From: Macrostomum lignano
Lineage: Eukaryota
NCBI GenBank assembly: GCA_002269645.1
Contig: NIVC01000224.1
Location: forward strand, 277,127-341,126
DNA length: 64,000 nt
Reading direction: 5' to 3'
The translations under genes and the position numbers were made by a program. This document shows, in pieces, positions 50,542 through 62,775 of the stretch; the first letter of the stretch is position 1; each line of letters opens with the position of its first letter. Below the pieces are notes generated by a model that saw nothing but the letters and a program-made list of their open reading frames with translations, did not search any database and was not told the DNA's origin.

Positions 50542-51168
50542 GCCAGCCTCCCAGATCCTCAGTTGCTGGGCCAGCCTCCCAGATCCTCAGTTGCTGAGCC
50601 AGCCTCCCAGAGTGTCAGTTGCTGGGCCAGCCTCCCAGATCCTCAGTTGCTGGGCCAGCCTCCCAGAGTGTCAGTTGCTGGGCCAGCCTCCCAGATCCTC
50701 AGTTGCTGGGCCAGCCTCCCAGAGTGTCAGTTGCTGGGCCAGCCTCCCAGATCCTCAGTTGCTGTGCCAGCCTCCCAGATCCTCAGTTGCTAAGTCAGCC
50801 TCCCAAATTCTCAGATGCTAGGCCAGCCTCCCAGATCCTCGGTTGCTGGGCTAGCCTCCCAGGTCCTCACTTGCTGGGCCAGCCTCCCAGATCCTCAGTT
50901 GCTAGGCCAGCCTCCCAGATCCTCAGTTGCTGAGCCAGCCTCCCAGATCCTCAATTGCTAAGTCAGCCTCCCAAATTCTCACTTGCTGGACCAGCCTCCC
51001 AGATCCTCAGTTGCTGGGGCAGCCTCCCAGATCCTCAGTTGCTGGGCCAGTCTCCCAGATCCTCAGTTGCTGGGCCAGCCTCCCAGATCCTCAGTTGCTG
51101 GGCCAGCCTCCCAGGTCCTCACTTGCTGGGCTAGCTTCCCAGGTCCTCGGTTGCTGGACCAGCCTCAG
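50542..51168 (+). repeat. 28-bp minisatellite, left copy
   Basis: Unit gctgggccagcctcccagatcctcagtt. Confidence 0.95.
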
Positions 51169-51819
51169 AACTTACTTATGATGGTTTACTTTTAGTTTTC
51201 ACGATAGAATTTAAGACAAATCGGTTATCTTTAGTTACTGAAAACAGTAACAATTATCATCGAAATTGATACCCAATTCGGAATATTAATATAAAGCGAT
51301 TTTATCTATAAACTCATCTTAAGCAGCATCAGTAATCTTTTTTGTAATAACTATTTAATTTAAGCCTTAGCTGTACTTGTTAGTTTCGTAAATAGATTTA
51401 TTTGTGTATGTTAAGTCTCTTCGACCAGTTTAGGTCTGCCCTGTATTAATGTCAGCGCGTCGAGAGAAGCACGAGAAAAAATGCGTTTTCTTTTCATTTT
51501 AAATGCAGAAATTGTCGACTTGGACAGTTCTGCAATCGCTTTTTTTGCGTTGAGCAGCGGTTTTTGAATAAACTGTTCAGTTATTCCGGTTTTGGAGTTT
51601 CCTTCATGATGCGTGTTCCTCTACCAAATATTTTGCCCAAGCTGTCATTATTTAATGATTTGATCTCCAGCTAAGCTTTGTTTATAATCAGAGTGTAGCT
51701 ATTCAGTGTTCCGAGCTTCGAGTAATTCTAAAACTGCAACTACACCAATTTTCTGAAAATTAAACTAAAAATTGACTATAAACTACACTTAAAAAACGAC
51801 TATAAACTACGAGCGTACA

Positions 51820-52700
51820 CCGAATATCCGCTATAAGCTGCGCCGAGTATCCGCCATAAACTACACCGAATATCCGCCATAAACTACACCGAATATCCGC
51901 CATAAACTACACCGAATATCCGCCATAAACTACACCGAATATCCGCCATAAACTACACCGAATATCCGCCATAAACTACACCGAATATCCGCCATAAACT
52001 ACACCGAATATCCGCCATAAACCACACCGAATATCCGCCATAAACTACACAATATCTATCATAAAATTACACCGAATATCCGCCATAAACCACACCGAAT
52101 ATCCGCCATAAACCACACCGAATATCCGCCATAAACTACACAATATCTATCATAAAATTACACCGAATATCCGCCATAAACCACACCGAATATCCGCCAT
52201 AAACTACACAATATCTATCAAAAATTACACCGAATATCCGCCATAAACTACACCGAATATCCGCCATAAACTACACCGAATATCAGCCATAAACTACACC
52301 GAATATCCGCCATAAACTACACCGAATATCTGCCAAAAACTCCTCCGAATATCCGCCATAAACTACACCAAATGTCATAAACTACGCTGAATATCCGCTA
52401 TAAGCTGCGCCGAATATCCGCCATAAACTACACCGAATATCCGCCATAAACTACACCGAATATCTGCCAAAAACTCCTCCGAATATCCGCCATAAAGTAC
52501 ACCAAATGTCATACACTACGCTGAATATCCGCCATAAGCTGCGCCGAATATCCGCCATAAACTACACCGAATATCCGCCATAAACTACACCGAATATCTG
52601 CCAAAAACTCCTCCGAATATCCGCCATAAACTACACCAAATGTCATAAACTACGCTGAATATCCGCCATAAACTACACCGAATATCCGCCATAAACTGCA
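51820..52700. repeat. 23-bp minisatellite with 134-bp higher-order blocks
   Basis: Unit cataaactacaccgaatatccgc; marker tgccaaaaac at 52331, 52465 and 52599. Confidence 0.94.
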
Positions 52701-54457
52701 CGAAATTCTATAAAGTGCTCCGAAGCTCGAATGGGCACTGAAATTTTCTTATACTCGTAAAATGCCCTAAAGAACTTCTGTGAAAGTAAATGTCCCCTAT
52801 GAATTGTTCCGAGAATCACTTACTGTATATGACAGACTCGTTAATAATTATTCATTAACCAAGTCAAATTGAATTAACAAAAGCTAGTATTTATGCTATT
52901 ATAAATTTAGTTTATCGTGTATTTGAGTCTTGAGAACAAACAGTGTGAGTATGCATAGTAATTTGATAGTTAGTGTCACAAGAAAATTTCTCGATTTCAC
53001 TGTATGATTATATCTTGTACTTCTTTGACTGTTAGAGAAGCAATATGATTAAGCCAGAACAGTATTTTAGTAGCAATTATAATAGATAATAAAAAATCAG
53101 ATGTTTAAAATAAAAAAGTACACAAAAATAATTACAGCAGCTTTTCTAAGAAATAACTTACTTCTCATGGAACGGCGAGACTTAAAAATATTCAAATTGC
53201 ACAAAAGCTTGAAAAATATATATTATTTGTCCTAAAATATTGTATGCTTTGATTAAATATATAAAATATGTTTTATATTCTTATTACTCTGTAAAATGTA
53301 ATATGTGTAGATGTCAATTATTTAACTGTATTTATATACGATACTTAATATGTAATCACAGAGTTAAGGACGCCACTAACAGTTATAAGAATGGATGACA
53401 AAATGACAAATAGTTTAATAGCAGCTTATAAGTCATAATGGAAGATGCAATTCTGATTTCTGATGTTTAAAAGTAAAAATAGTATTTTGTCTATGGCCAA
53501 AAACATGAACAACAACATGGCTATGTCCTCAATATTTCTTTTAAAATCCAGTTTGTACTGGTAAGTGAAGGAGCCAAAGGAGTTGAAGAGTCAAAAGTAC
53601 TGATTATGCAATAACGATTGCGTAATGCGCTCTGCATATAGAGAAATTACAAACAGCTGTTATCAACTCGCCAGTGACTTTTTAAAGGATGTTTTTACCA
53701 AGTAACTTGTATTCCGTGGGATCAGAGAATTTCACAAAAATATGAGTACAAAATAGGCCCATTTTTCCGAGAAGAATACATATATCTGATGCAGTTTTGT
53801 ATCGACGCTAATAGCCTGATTAGCTTAGCCAAAAGACAATACGTCTTTAGCTGTCAGACCTTCAATCTGCATATCCAATTCCAACTAGATTGCACGCATG
53901 ATGGACTAGGGGGCTCAACATTCGAGTAGCAAATACAATTTTTAGCTACAGTACTATTCAGAATTGATCACGTTAGTTGCTATAAACTACTCAAAAACAG
54001 CAAGCATGGTAAATAGTGTGCATAAAAAGTACAATTGCAAAATAGTATATTCGATATTTCAGCAGCTAGGCATGCTTAATTATTTATATTGCACTGAGAT
54101 AGCAGTCAACATATAGCTATGTAGCTACGCTACCTGTAATACATTTCTACTATTGCTTGAAACCTTAATTTTGAGTGCTAATATTTTATATACATATTCA
54201 AATTTTAATTGCAAGTTCATAATAATTTGGTTTTATACATCTATATTTACTACTGTATATTAAGCTTATGTACCCTGAAGATCACTGAACCTCTCAGAAC
54301 GGACCAACCTCAAGCACACAGTTCTGTACTGTCATCTTAGTCCAAGAATAAGAAACTCAACTTTGGAACAACCTTGAATCGAAATTCCTACCTCTAAACT
54401 TCTAATTGGAATATATCGTTCGATTGGAATATAATAGAAGCTGGGTCCGCACCTGCA

Positions 54458-56341
54458 TTATGCAATCAAACACTTTGAACGTTTCCGATGCCTCAACTTT
54501 CTCACCGGCTTGAGCACACAGATTCGTCGCCTAGTGCACACCAGGATTTTGTCCTCGCCCAGCGGCGCTATCCCAGTGATCTCGTCCAGCTCCTGTAGAA
54601 ACTGCAGCCGCTGGACGAAAATGAACTCGCTCCTTCTGATCACCCAGAACAGCCTCTGGCGCTGGTTATCCGTGAAGATAATTCTCTTGTCGCTTGTAGT
54701 GATGATATGCGCCGGTACTGAATCAAAGATCTGAGTTGTTGTCAGCTTTCTGTACACTCCGGTTCTGTCATTCACAATCAGGATGTGACCTTCTGCTGGG
54801 CAGGAGACCCACAGCATCTTGCGCTCGCGTGTCCAGGTGACGTACTGCGGATGCAGATTCTCGAACGTGAACCAGTGCCCCGTGCGGCCCAGGCAGGGGG
54901 TGAAGAACTCCACTTTCTGATCCGACGGCTGCGCCACCACCATGTCGCCGCGTCGACTGTCGACGAAGAAACCGGCAAACAGCGGCTCGTCTCTGCTGCC
55001 ACCGGGCCGTTCGATCCGTTTGACCACCTGACCGTCCAGCTGCAGACAGGCGACCACGGATAACCAGCCAGTTGGGGCTCCCGTAGAGTCTGCAGCTTGC
55101 TGCTGCTGCTGCTGCTGCTGAGCCACTCCGCTGACATAAACCAGACCGTTCACCAGCCGCATGTGATGGCACTGCAGCCTGCCTCCCGGGTTCGAATCTC
55201 CAATCAGCACCGGCAGGTCTTTGATTTGGCCTTCCTGGCTAGAATAGACTAGCAGCGATCTTGAGCAGCTGTTCAGCAGCACCAGCTCCGCCTGGTCAGT
55301 TGAGCCATCCGCGTCAGCCAGCAGTCCGGCCGCACCGATCTCCAGTTCGCCGCGAGTCGATTGGAGCAGATCGGCGCAGGCTCCCATGTCGATCTCCTTC
55401 ATCTTGTAGCTGCTATTTCGCTTCATATTGTGCCTGATGAAGCTCAGATCCAGGGCGTCCTCAGCATCCGAGCTGTCGCTGCCACCGCCGCCACCGCCGC
55501 CGCCGCTGCCGCTTCGAATTTCGTCAAGATCGACATCGTTGAGGTGGTCGTTGACGGTCGGGTAGCGAGCTGCGGCAGCGGACGCGGCGCCGAACTGATG
55601 ATGATGCTGGTGCGCTCCAGCTGTCGCCGCCTCCATTGCGTCCTGCAGTTTCTGCGAGCGACTCTCCGCGTCGTCCAGCCGAGTGATCAACTTGTTGAGA
55701 TTCTCGCGGACCGCCAGCAGCTCGGCCTTGTCGAATTCGCTCATCAGCGACATGCCGGCGCCGCCGCCCAGACCACCGGCTCCGACCTCCTCAGAGCGTC
55801 GGACAAAATCCTCGGCCAGATGGGCCAGGATCTCCTGCTTGCGCTCCAGGCTGCGCTTCCGGCTGCCGCCGCCGCCGCTGCCGCCGCTGAAGACGCCGCT
55901 GCTTCGACCTCTCGGACTGCCGATGCTCGAGGCGACTGCGGCAGCGGCATCGGCTGCGGCAGCAACTGCCGCAGCAGCTCCACCCTCGGTTGAGGCCTCT
56001 CCGCCGCTGCCGCTGCCACGGCTGCCGCCGCCGCCAGGTAACTGCAGCCTGCGACACTGCCTGTCTACAATGTACTTGATGATCGACTGGTGCACATGCG
56101 CCGGCGGCAGGCAGCGCAGACCCCCCGCTGGTAGTCGGGCTTCAACGCGGCATAGCGGACAGGGGAATCTATCTCTGCTAGGCTGCTGGCTGTCCCACTT
56201 CTCCAGGCAGGTGAGGCAGAACACGTGAGAACAGTTGAGCAGTTTGGGCTCGTGCAGACGGCCCAGGTGAATCGGGCAGGTGGTCAGGTCTTCCAGGGAT
56301 TCGATGCTGCCGCTGCTAGAGGACGAACTGGCGCAGCCGGG
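54458..56341 (-). CDS. RING finger, coiled coil and NHL-like beta-propeller protein (TRIM-NHL-like, no B-box), probable E3 ligase with CaaX tail
   Basis: CPIH-x11-CSH-x2-C-x2-C-x14-CPLC RING; coiled coil LLAVRENLNKLITRLDDAESRSQKLQDAME; short beta-strand repeats (FFVD..GDMVVA, MLWVSC..GHILIV, RIIFTDN..RLFWV); ends RKLRHRKRSKCLIA*. Confidence 0.88.
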   Translation of the reverse strand, partial: PGCASSSSSSGSIESLEDLTTCPIHLGRLHEPKLLNCSHVFCLTCLEKWDSQQPSRDRFPCPLCRVEARLPAGGLRCLPPAHVHQSIIKYIVDRQCRRLQLPGGGGSRGSGSGGEASTEGGAAAAVAAAADAAAAVASSIGSPRGRSSGVFSGGSGGGGSRKRSLERKQEILAHLAEDFVRRSEEVGAGGLGGGAGMSLMSEFDKAELLAVRENLNKLITRLDDAESRSQKLQDAMEAATAGAHQHHHQFGAASAAAARYPTVNDHLNDVDLDEIRSGSGGGGGGGGSDSSDAEDALDLSFIRHNMKRNSSYKMKEIDMGACADLLQSTRGELEIGAAGLLADADGSTDQAELVLLNSCSRSLLVYSSQEGQIKDLPVLIGDSNPGGRLQCHHMRLVNGLVYVSGVAQQQQQQQQAADSTGAPTGWLSVVACLQLDGQVVKRIERPGGSRDEPLFAGFFVDSRRGDMVVAQPSDQKVEFFTPCLGRTGHWFTFENLHPQYVTWTRERKMLWVSCPAEGHILIVNDRTGVYRKLTTTQIFDSVPAHIITTSDKRIIFTDNQRQRLFWVIRRSEFIFVQRLQFLQELDEITGIAPLGEDKILVCTRRRICVLKPVRKLRHRKRSKCLIA

Positions 56342-56685
56342 CTGCAAGTAAGACCATTGACGTAAGGGGTTACAGGGTTGATAATATTGAGTTACTATTG
56401 AGTAGCCCAGCGATAATATTGCACTAAGAAATTGGCAAACCAACTGAAACAAGCTACTTAGTTATTCCCGGTTGTAAGTAGTATCTGATATGATACGAGC
56501 CATTTAGTTAATTGTTCTTTGCCTGCTTGTATACTCTTTAATGATCCAAAGATCTCATACTCTCGTAGAAGATAGAGGGATGAGGAATAGAAAATTTGGT
56601 TGTCGTTGAGAAGTTTTTTTCTTTATTGATTTTTATTTATAACTTTGACAGAGATTATATTAGATGTCATCAATTCCCGATACTG

Positions 56686-57705
56686 AAACTGGGGATCTGG
56701 AACTGGGGATCTGGAACTTGGGCTCTGGAACTGGGGATCTGAAACTGGGGATCTGAAACTGGGGATCTGAAACTGGGGATCTGAAACTGGGGATCTGAAA
56801 CTGGGGATCTGAAACTGGGGATCTGAAACTGGGGATCTGAAACTGGGGATCTGGAACTGGGGATCTGAAACTGGGGATCTGAAACTGAGGATCTGGAACT
56901 GGGGATCTGAAACTGGGGATCTGGAACTGGGGATCTGGAACTGGGAATCTGAAACTGGGGATCTGAAACTGGGGATCTGAAACTGGGGATCTGAAACTGG
57001 GGATCTGAAACTGGGGATCTGGAACTGGGGATCTGGAACTGGGGATCTGGAACTGGGGATCTGGAACTGGGGATCTGGAACTGGGAATCTGAAACTGGGG
57101 ATCTGAAACTGGGGATCTAAAACTGGGGATCTGAAACTGGGGATCTGAAACTGGGGATCTGAAACTGGGGATCTGGAACTGGGGATCTGAAACTGGGGAT
57201 CTGAAACTGGGGATCTGGAACTGGGGATCTGGAACTGGGGATCTGGAACTGGGGATCTGGAACTGGGGATCTGGAACTGGGGATCTGAAACTGGGGATCT
57301 GAAACTGGGGATCTGGAACTGGGGATCTGAAACTGGGGATCTGTAACTGGGGACCTGGAACTGGGGATCTGGAACTGGGGATCTGGAACTGGGGATCTGG
57401 AACTGGGAATCTGAAACTGGGAATCTGAAACTGGGGATCTGAAACTGGGGATCTGAAACTGGGGATCTGAAACTGGGGATCTGAAACTGGGGATCTGGAA
57501 CTGGGGATCTGGAACTGGGGATCTGAAACTGGGGATCTGAAACTGGGGATCTGAAACTGGGGATCTGAAACTGGGGATCTGAAACTGGGGATCTGAAACT
57601 GGGGATCTGAAACTGGGAATCTGGAACTAGGGATCTGGAACTGGGGATCTGGAACTAGGGATCTGGAACTGGGGATCTGGAACTGGATCTAACTGGGGAT
57701 CTGGA
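56686..57705. repeat. 14-bp minisatellite (RING gene intron)
   Basis: Unit ctggggatctg(a/g)aa. Confidence 0.96.
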
Positions 57706-58539
57706 TCTAGAAAAGAAATTACTTTTCCTATCTTGGACAGCTGTTGCTAGGAATTTAGGATTTTCGCATGCTCATGCTACTAAATCAGCTTGTAAATAGT
57801 AGTGCACGGAACAAGATTGCAAGGTAGAAATGTGTCCTGCCAGAGGAACCGCAGCACACACACACCATTAATTAGGAATGCAATGTTTTGTATGTATCAG
57901 ACAGCCATATAAAGCATGAACATGCTTGTAATTTAATAGCTACATTCTGCGAGTAAATGAACCCCTTCAAACTCTTATAACGAGGCTATCGTTAGGGCTT
58001 GTTAACTAAAGCCATTAGCCGGAGCTGTTGTGTTGAATGCTTGTCTAATTGGGGAACATAAGAGAGACTATCGACACTGGGAATGTTGCATGAACTCTAT
58101 TCTCAAGGCTCAACTTGGCCTTTTTTCTCACAGTTTTTTTCTTTAGATTGATGAAGAGTTACATGCAGCCTACAAAGAAACCGGTTTTTACCAGCTACCT
58201 ACTACACGTACTAAACAGTTTACATAGTACATAGTAAACTTGAAATGAGATGGTCTGCAGCAAAGAGCATGCGAAACTCTCTCTATGTGTATGTTTTTGG
58301 TACTGAATATAGAAATTATTCTCTACATTTATTGGAGAGACCAAACTCTGTTTACCCGAGCTCTGCACTGCAACTTTGTATTGATTCTTCCCACGAGTCG
58401 ATGCAACAGAAGCGGCAGTGCGTGGACAATATATATTCCACACGTTTCGTTTGATTGAGTTTTCTGTGTGCGTGCGTGTGCCGATTCTGTTTTGTGTATG
58501 ATATTTTCGTTATTTATGTACTTTTGCAACTGAAGTGAG

Positions 58540-59155
58540 ACGAGAGAGAGGAGGGAGAGGGAAAGGAAGAGAAGGGATAGTGAAGGGAGAGAGAAGAGGA
58601 GAGGGAATCAAGAGAATGCAGGAGAGAAGGAGAGAGAAGGGGAGAGGGAAGGGAGAGAAGGAAAGAGAAGGGAGGAGAAGGGCGAGATAGAAGAGAGAGA
58701 AGGAAAGAGAGAAGGGACAGAAGGGAGAGAGAATATGGAGAGAAGGGGAGAGAATGATGAGAAGGGGAGAAGGGGAAAGAGAAGGAAAGAGAGAAGGGAA
58801 ATAAGACGAGAGAGTATTGAGAGAAGGGGAGAAAGAAAGAGAGAAAGGGGAGAGAGAGAGAAGGGAGGGAAGGAGAGAAAAGGGAGAGAGAGAAGGGAGG
58901 GAAGGGATAGAAAAGGGAGAGAGAGAAGGGAGGGAAGGGAGAGAAAAGGAAGAGAGAGAAGGAAGGGAAGGGAGAGAGAAGGGAGGGAAGGGAGAGAAAA
59001 GGGAGAGAGAGAAGGAAGGGAAGGGAGAGAAAAGGAAGAGAGAGAAGGAAGGGAAGGGAGAGAGAAGGGAGGGAAGGGAGAGAAAAGGGAGAGAGAGAAG
59101 GGAGGGAATTGGGAAAGAAGGGACAGGGGGGAGAGAAGAGAGAAAAGGGAGGGAC
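58540..59155. repeat. GA-rich polypurine tract
   Basis: About 600 bp, almost purine-only. Confidence 0.9.
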
Positions 59156-59741
59156 ATGAACACAATGGAGCAATCCAGCTTTACCAGCTCAAATACGACG
59201 TAAATATCAGTGTGCAGCAGTGTTAGCAACTGAAACGCATGCAGTGCTTATAGATTTTTTAAAACTAATTCTAACTGATATAGACAGTATAAAAACAGAA
59301 CCTATAGCTACATGTAATTTTTTACAGGTATAGACAAGCACTTGGCTTGAATTCAGCGATATACTCGCGTAGTTACAATCGAAACAATAGCAAACAAATT
59401 CTACCTAGATATAGAATTGAACTCTAACCCGAAGCCCTGTTCTGCGTGTGCTATAGCTAGAACTGATAAGAATTCCCCTACAAGTCCAACTCTTGTCTCT
59501 CATTTTTGTCTGTTCTAAAAGAAGATTGCAGAAATAAAAAACTAATCTGTGTGTTTGTGTGTGTGTGCGTCTGCATTGCGGTGACCCCGTCAGCCCTTTG
59601 GTATCAGCAAATTTCAATGCACAATGGACTTGCTTTGCTAGACTAAAAGATAAGGTGTTTACTATCGGATAGACTCCAGGTCAAGACTGCAGAAACCCGA
59701 ATGAACTATAACAGGCTTTGGTTAAACAACTTCTGCTTATT

Positions 59742-60400
59742 CAGGTTGGATTGGGGGAATTCTGGTTGGATTGGGGGAATTCAGGTTGGATCAGGGGAAT
59801 TCAGGTTGGATTGGGGGAATTCAGGTTGGATTGGGGGAATTCAGTTTGGATCGGGGGAATTCTAGTTGGATTGGGGGAATTCTGGTTGGATTGGGGGAAT
59901 TCTGGTTGGATCAGGGGAATTCAGGTTGGATTGGGGGAATTCAGTTTGGATCGGGGGAATTCTAGTTGGATTGGGGGAATTCTGGTTGGATCAGGGGAAT
60001 TCAGGTTGGATTGGGGGAATTCAGGTTGGATTGGGGGAATTCAGGTTGAGTTGGAGGAATTCTGGTTGGATCAGGGGAATTCAGGTTGGATTGGGGGAAT
60101 TCAGGTTGGATTGGGGGAATTCAGGTTGAGTTGGAGGAATTTAGATTAAATTTGAGGGGCTTCAGATTGAATCGGAGGGAATTCAGATTGAACCGAGGGA
60201 ATCGAGATTGAACTATGGGAATTCAGATTGAACCCGGGGAGTTCAGATTGAACCCGGGGAGTTCAGATTGAACCGGGGGAATTCAAATTGAACCGAGGGA
60301 ATTCAGATTGAACCGGGGGAATTCAGATGGAACCGGGAGAATTCAGATTGAACCGGGAGAATTAATATTAAACTGGAGGGATCATTCAATTTGAACCGAG
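59742..60400. repeat. Two abutting related 20-bp minisatellites
   Basis: ttgggggaattcaggttgga changes into gaaccgggggaattcagatt at ~60140. Confidence 0.9.
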
Positions 60401-60562
60401 GGAATTAAGAATGAATTTTGATAAATTAAACTACTTGAAGAATTTACCGCAATCCTTTATAGTACCGTTAAGAAGGTTCCGAAGAGTATAAATGAAAATA
60501 CCCCCTTAGCAACCAGATTAACATAGCAGAATAGCAAGCATAGAGTGGTAGCCATCATCTAC

Positions 60563-60628
60563 CTGATCGCAGACGCAGGACGTTGAAGAGCCAGCTGCAT
60601 CATCCGCGGCTTCGCAATCGCTTTCCAT
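60563..60628 (-). CDS. RING-propeller gene, probable first coding exon (MESDCEAADDAAGSSTSCVCDQ)
   Basis: GC-rich ATG-initiated 66 nt ending CAG|gtagat, phase 0; compatible with the cttacttgcag| acceptor at 56342. Confidence 0.6.
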
Positions 60629-60889
60629 GGGTTGTCCAGCGGCGGCAGAAACGTGAAATTGTATTAAATTTTAATTTATTCACCGCCCTCTCTAAATCTG
60701 TGTATAGAGAACTGACCTCTAAAACTACCTTATCCCCCTGTGATCGGGATCCCTGATGGTGAAATTCAAATTAGTACCCAGGTTATATAAGGGAGGGACT
60801 TAAAAATGAAGACAGGGCAACTGAGGACAGCTCGGGGACTGTACTAATCTTTCCCAAGCTCCCAAGAGTTTTTCTTCCCAAATTTATGC

Positions 60890-60925
<36 letters not shown>

Positions 60926-61696
60926 ACGCGTGTACTCAGTTACACCTCTCACCCTCCACTTCTCCTCTCTACCCAACCCCCCCCCCCTGTATTTCAGTTT
61001 GTAGTTAAGGCGAGGGAACTGCGTGTGTTCTCTCCTCTCCTCTCCTCTCCTCTCCTCTCCTCTGTCTCCGCGCTCTGGGTTGGTGGCAATCAAGTAGTAC
61101 AGCTCGTTAGGTCAAACCAATAGTTAGGATCTGCTATACACCAGCGCGTACTATTAGGCCTTGGTAGTAGTGCTGCCTGCCTATTGGCTAATGCCGCATT
61201 GGGGGAGAGACAGACAGAAAGACGGAGTACGCGGCAGGCTTGTGTGTTTCTCCCTTTCTCTCTCTCTCTCTCTATCTCTCTCCCCTCTCCACTGCCCATA
61301 GTCCAGTTGCAGGCGCAGATATACAGGCCCTATACCACACGATGCTGCTACGCATATAAACATTCAGATAGAATGATAGATGAAATGCACACAGCACACT
61401 TAGATGGAGTCTGCCGGGTTGGACCGATCGTGTCCTTAAAACCCCGGTGTGTTTCCGGGGGAGCAGGAATTCTGTGCTGTTTATAGGTTTCCCCAGAGAA
61501 CATTTGAAAATAAAATTGCAGTGGCTACAAGTAACAGCTGGGGCTAAATTATTTTATGTTGCAGGATCTTTTTTTACAGCTGTCTTGGTTTTGTTTACAC
61601 TGCGAACAATTTATTGGTAGGGTAATAAAAGTACATGGCAGTAAATACCTATAAACTTATGGCTTAGTAACTTTATAATCTGGGAGTGTAGCGGGT

Positions 61697-62775
61697 GGCC
61701 CAGCAACTGAGGATCTGGGAGACTGGCCAAGCAACTGAGGATCTGGGAGGCTGGCCCAGCAACTGCATGAGGATCTGGGAGGCTGGCCCAGCAACTGAGG
61801 ATCTGAGAGGCTGGCCTAGCAACTGAGGATCTGGGAGGCTGGCCCAGCAACTGAGGATCTGAGAGGCTGGCCTAGCAACTGAGGATCTGGGAGGCTGGCC
61901 CAGCAACTGAGGATCTGAGAGGCTGGCCTAGCAACTGAGGATCTGGGAGGCTGGCCCAGCAACTGAGGATCTGAGAGGCTGGCCTAGCAACTGAGGATCT
62001 GGGAGGCTGACCCAGCAACTGAGGATCTGGGAGGCTGGCCCAGCAACTGAGGATCTGGGAGGCTGGCCCAGCAACTGACACTCTGGGAGGCTGGCCCAGC
62101 AACTGAGAATCTGGGAGACTGGCCCAGCAACTGAGGATCTGGGAGGCTGGCCTAGCAACTGAGGATCTGGGAGACTGGCCCAGCAACTGCATGAGGATCT
62201 GGGAGGCTGGCCCAGCAACTGAGGATCTGAGAGGCTGGCCTAGCAACTGAGGATCTGGGAGGCTGGCCCAGCAACTGAGGATCTGAGAGGCTGGCCTAGC
62301 AACTGAGGATCTGAGAGGCTGGCCTAGCAACTGAGGATCTGGGAGGCTGGCCAGCAACTGAGGATCTGGGAGGCTGGCCCAGCAACTGAGGATCTGGGAG
62401 ACTGGCCCAGCAACTGAGGATATGGGAGGCTGGCCCAGCAACTGACACTCTGGGAGACTGGCCCAGCAACTGAGGATCTGAGAGGCTGGCCTAGCAACTG
62501 AGGATCTGGGAGGCTGGCCCAGCAACTGAGGATCTGGGAGGCTGGCCCAGCAACTGAGGATCTGGGAGACTGGCCCAGCAACTGAGGATATGGGAGGCTG
62601 GCCCAGCAACTGACACTCTGGGAGACTGGCCCAGCAACTGAGGATATGGGAGGCTGGCCCAGCAACTGACACTCTGGGAGACTGGCCCAGCAGCAACTGA
62701 GGATCTGGGAGGCTGGCCCAGCAACTGAGGATCTGGGAGACTGGCCCAGCAACTGACACTCTGGGAGACTGGCCA
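61697..62775 (-). repeat. 28-bp minisatellite, right copy (inverted relative to 50542-51168)
   Basis: cccagcaactgaggatctgggaggctgg is the reverse complement of the left-array unit, including the shared 'agagtgtcag' variant. Confidence 0.95.

Noticed and set aside
56342-56452. N-terminal extension MFQLVCQFLSAILSLG... of the RING ORF as a signal peptide
   Set aside because: TTG start, AT-rich, and upstream of a good cttacttgcag acceptor; a phase-compatible ATG exon exists at 60563-60628.
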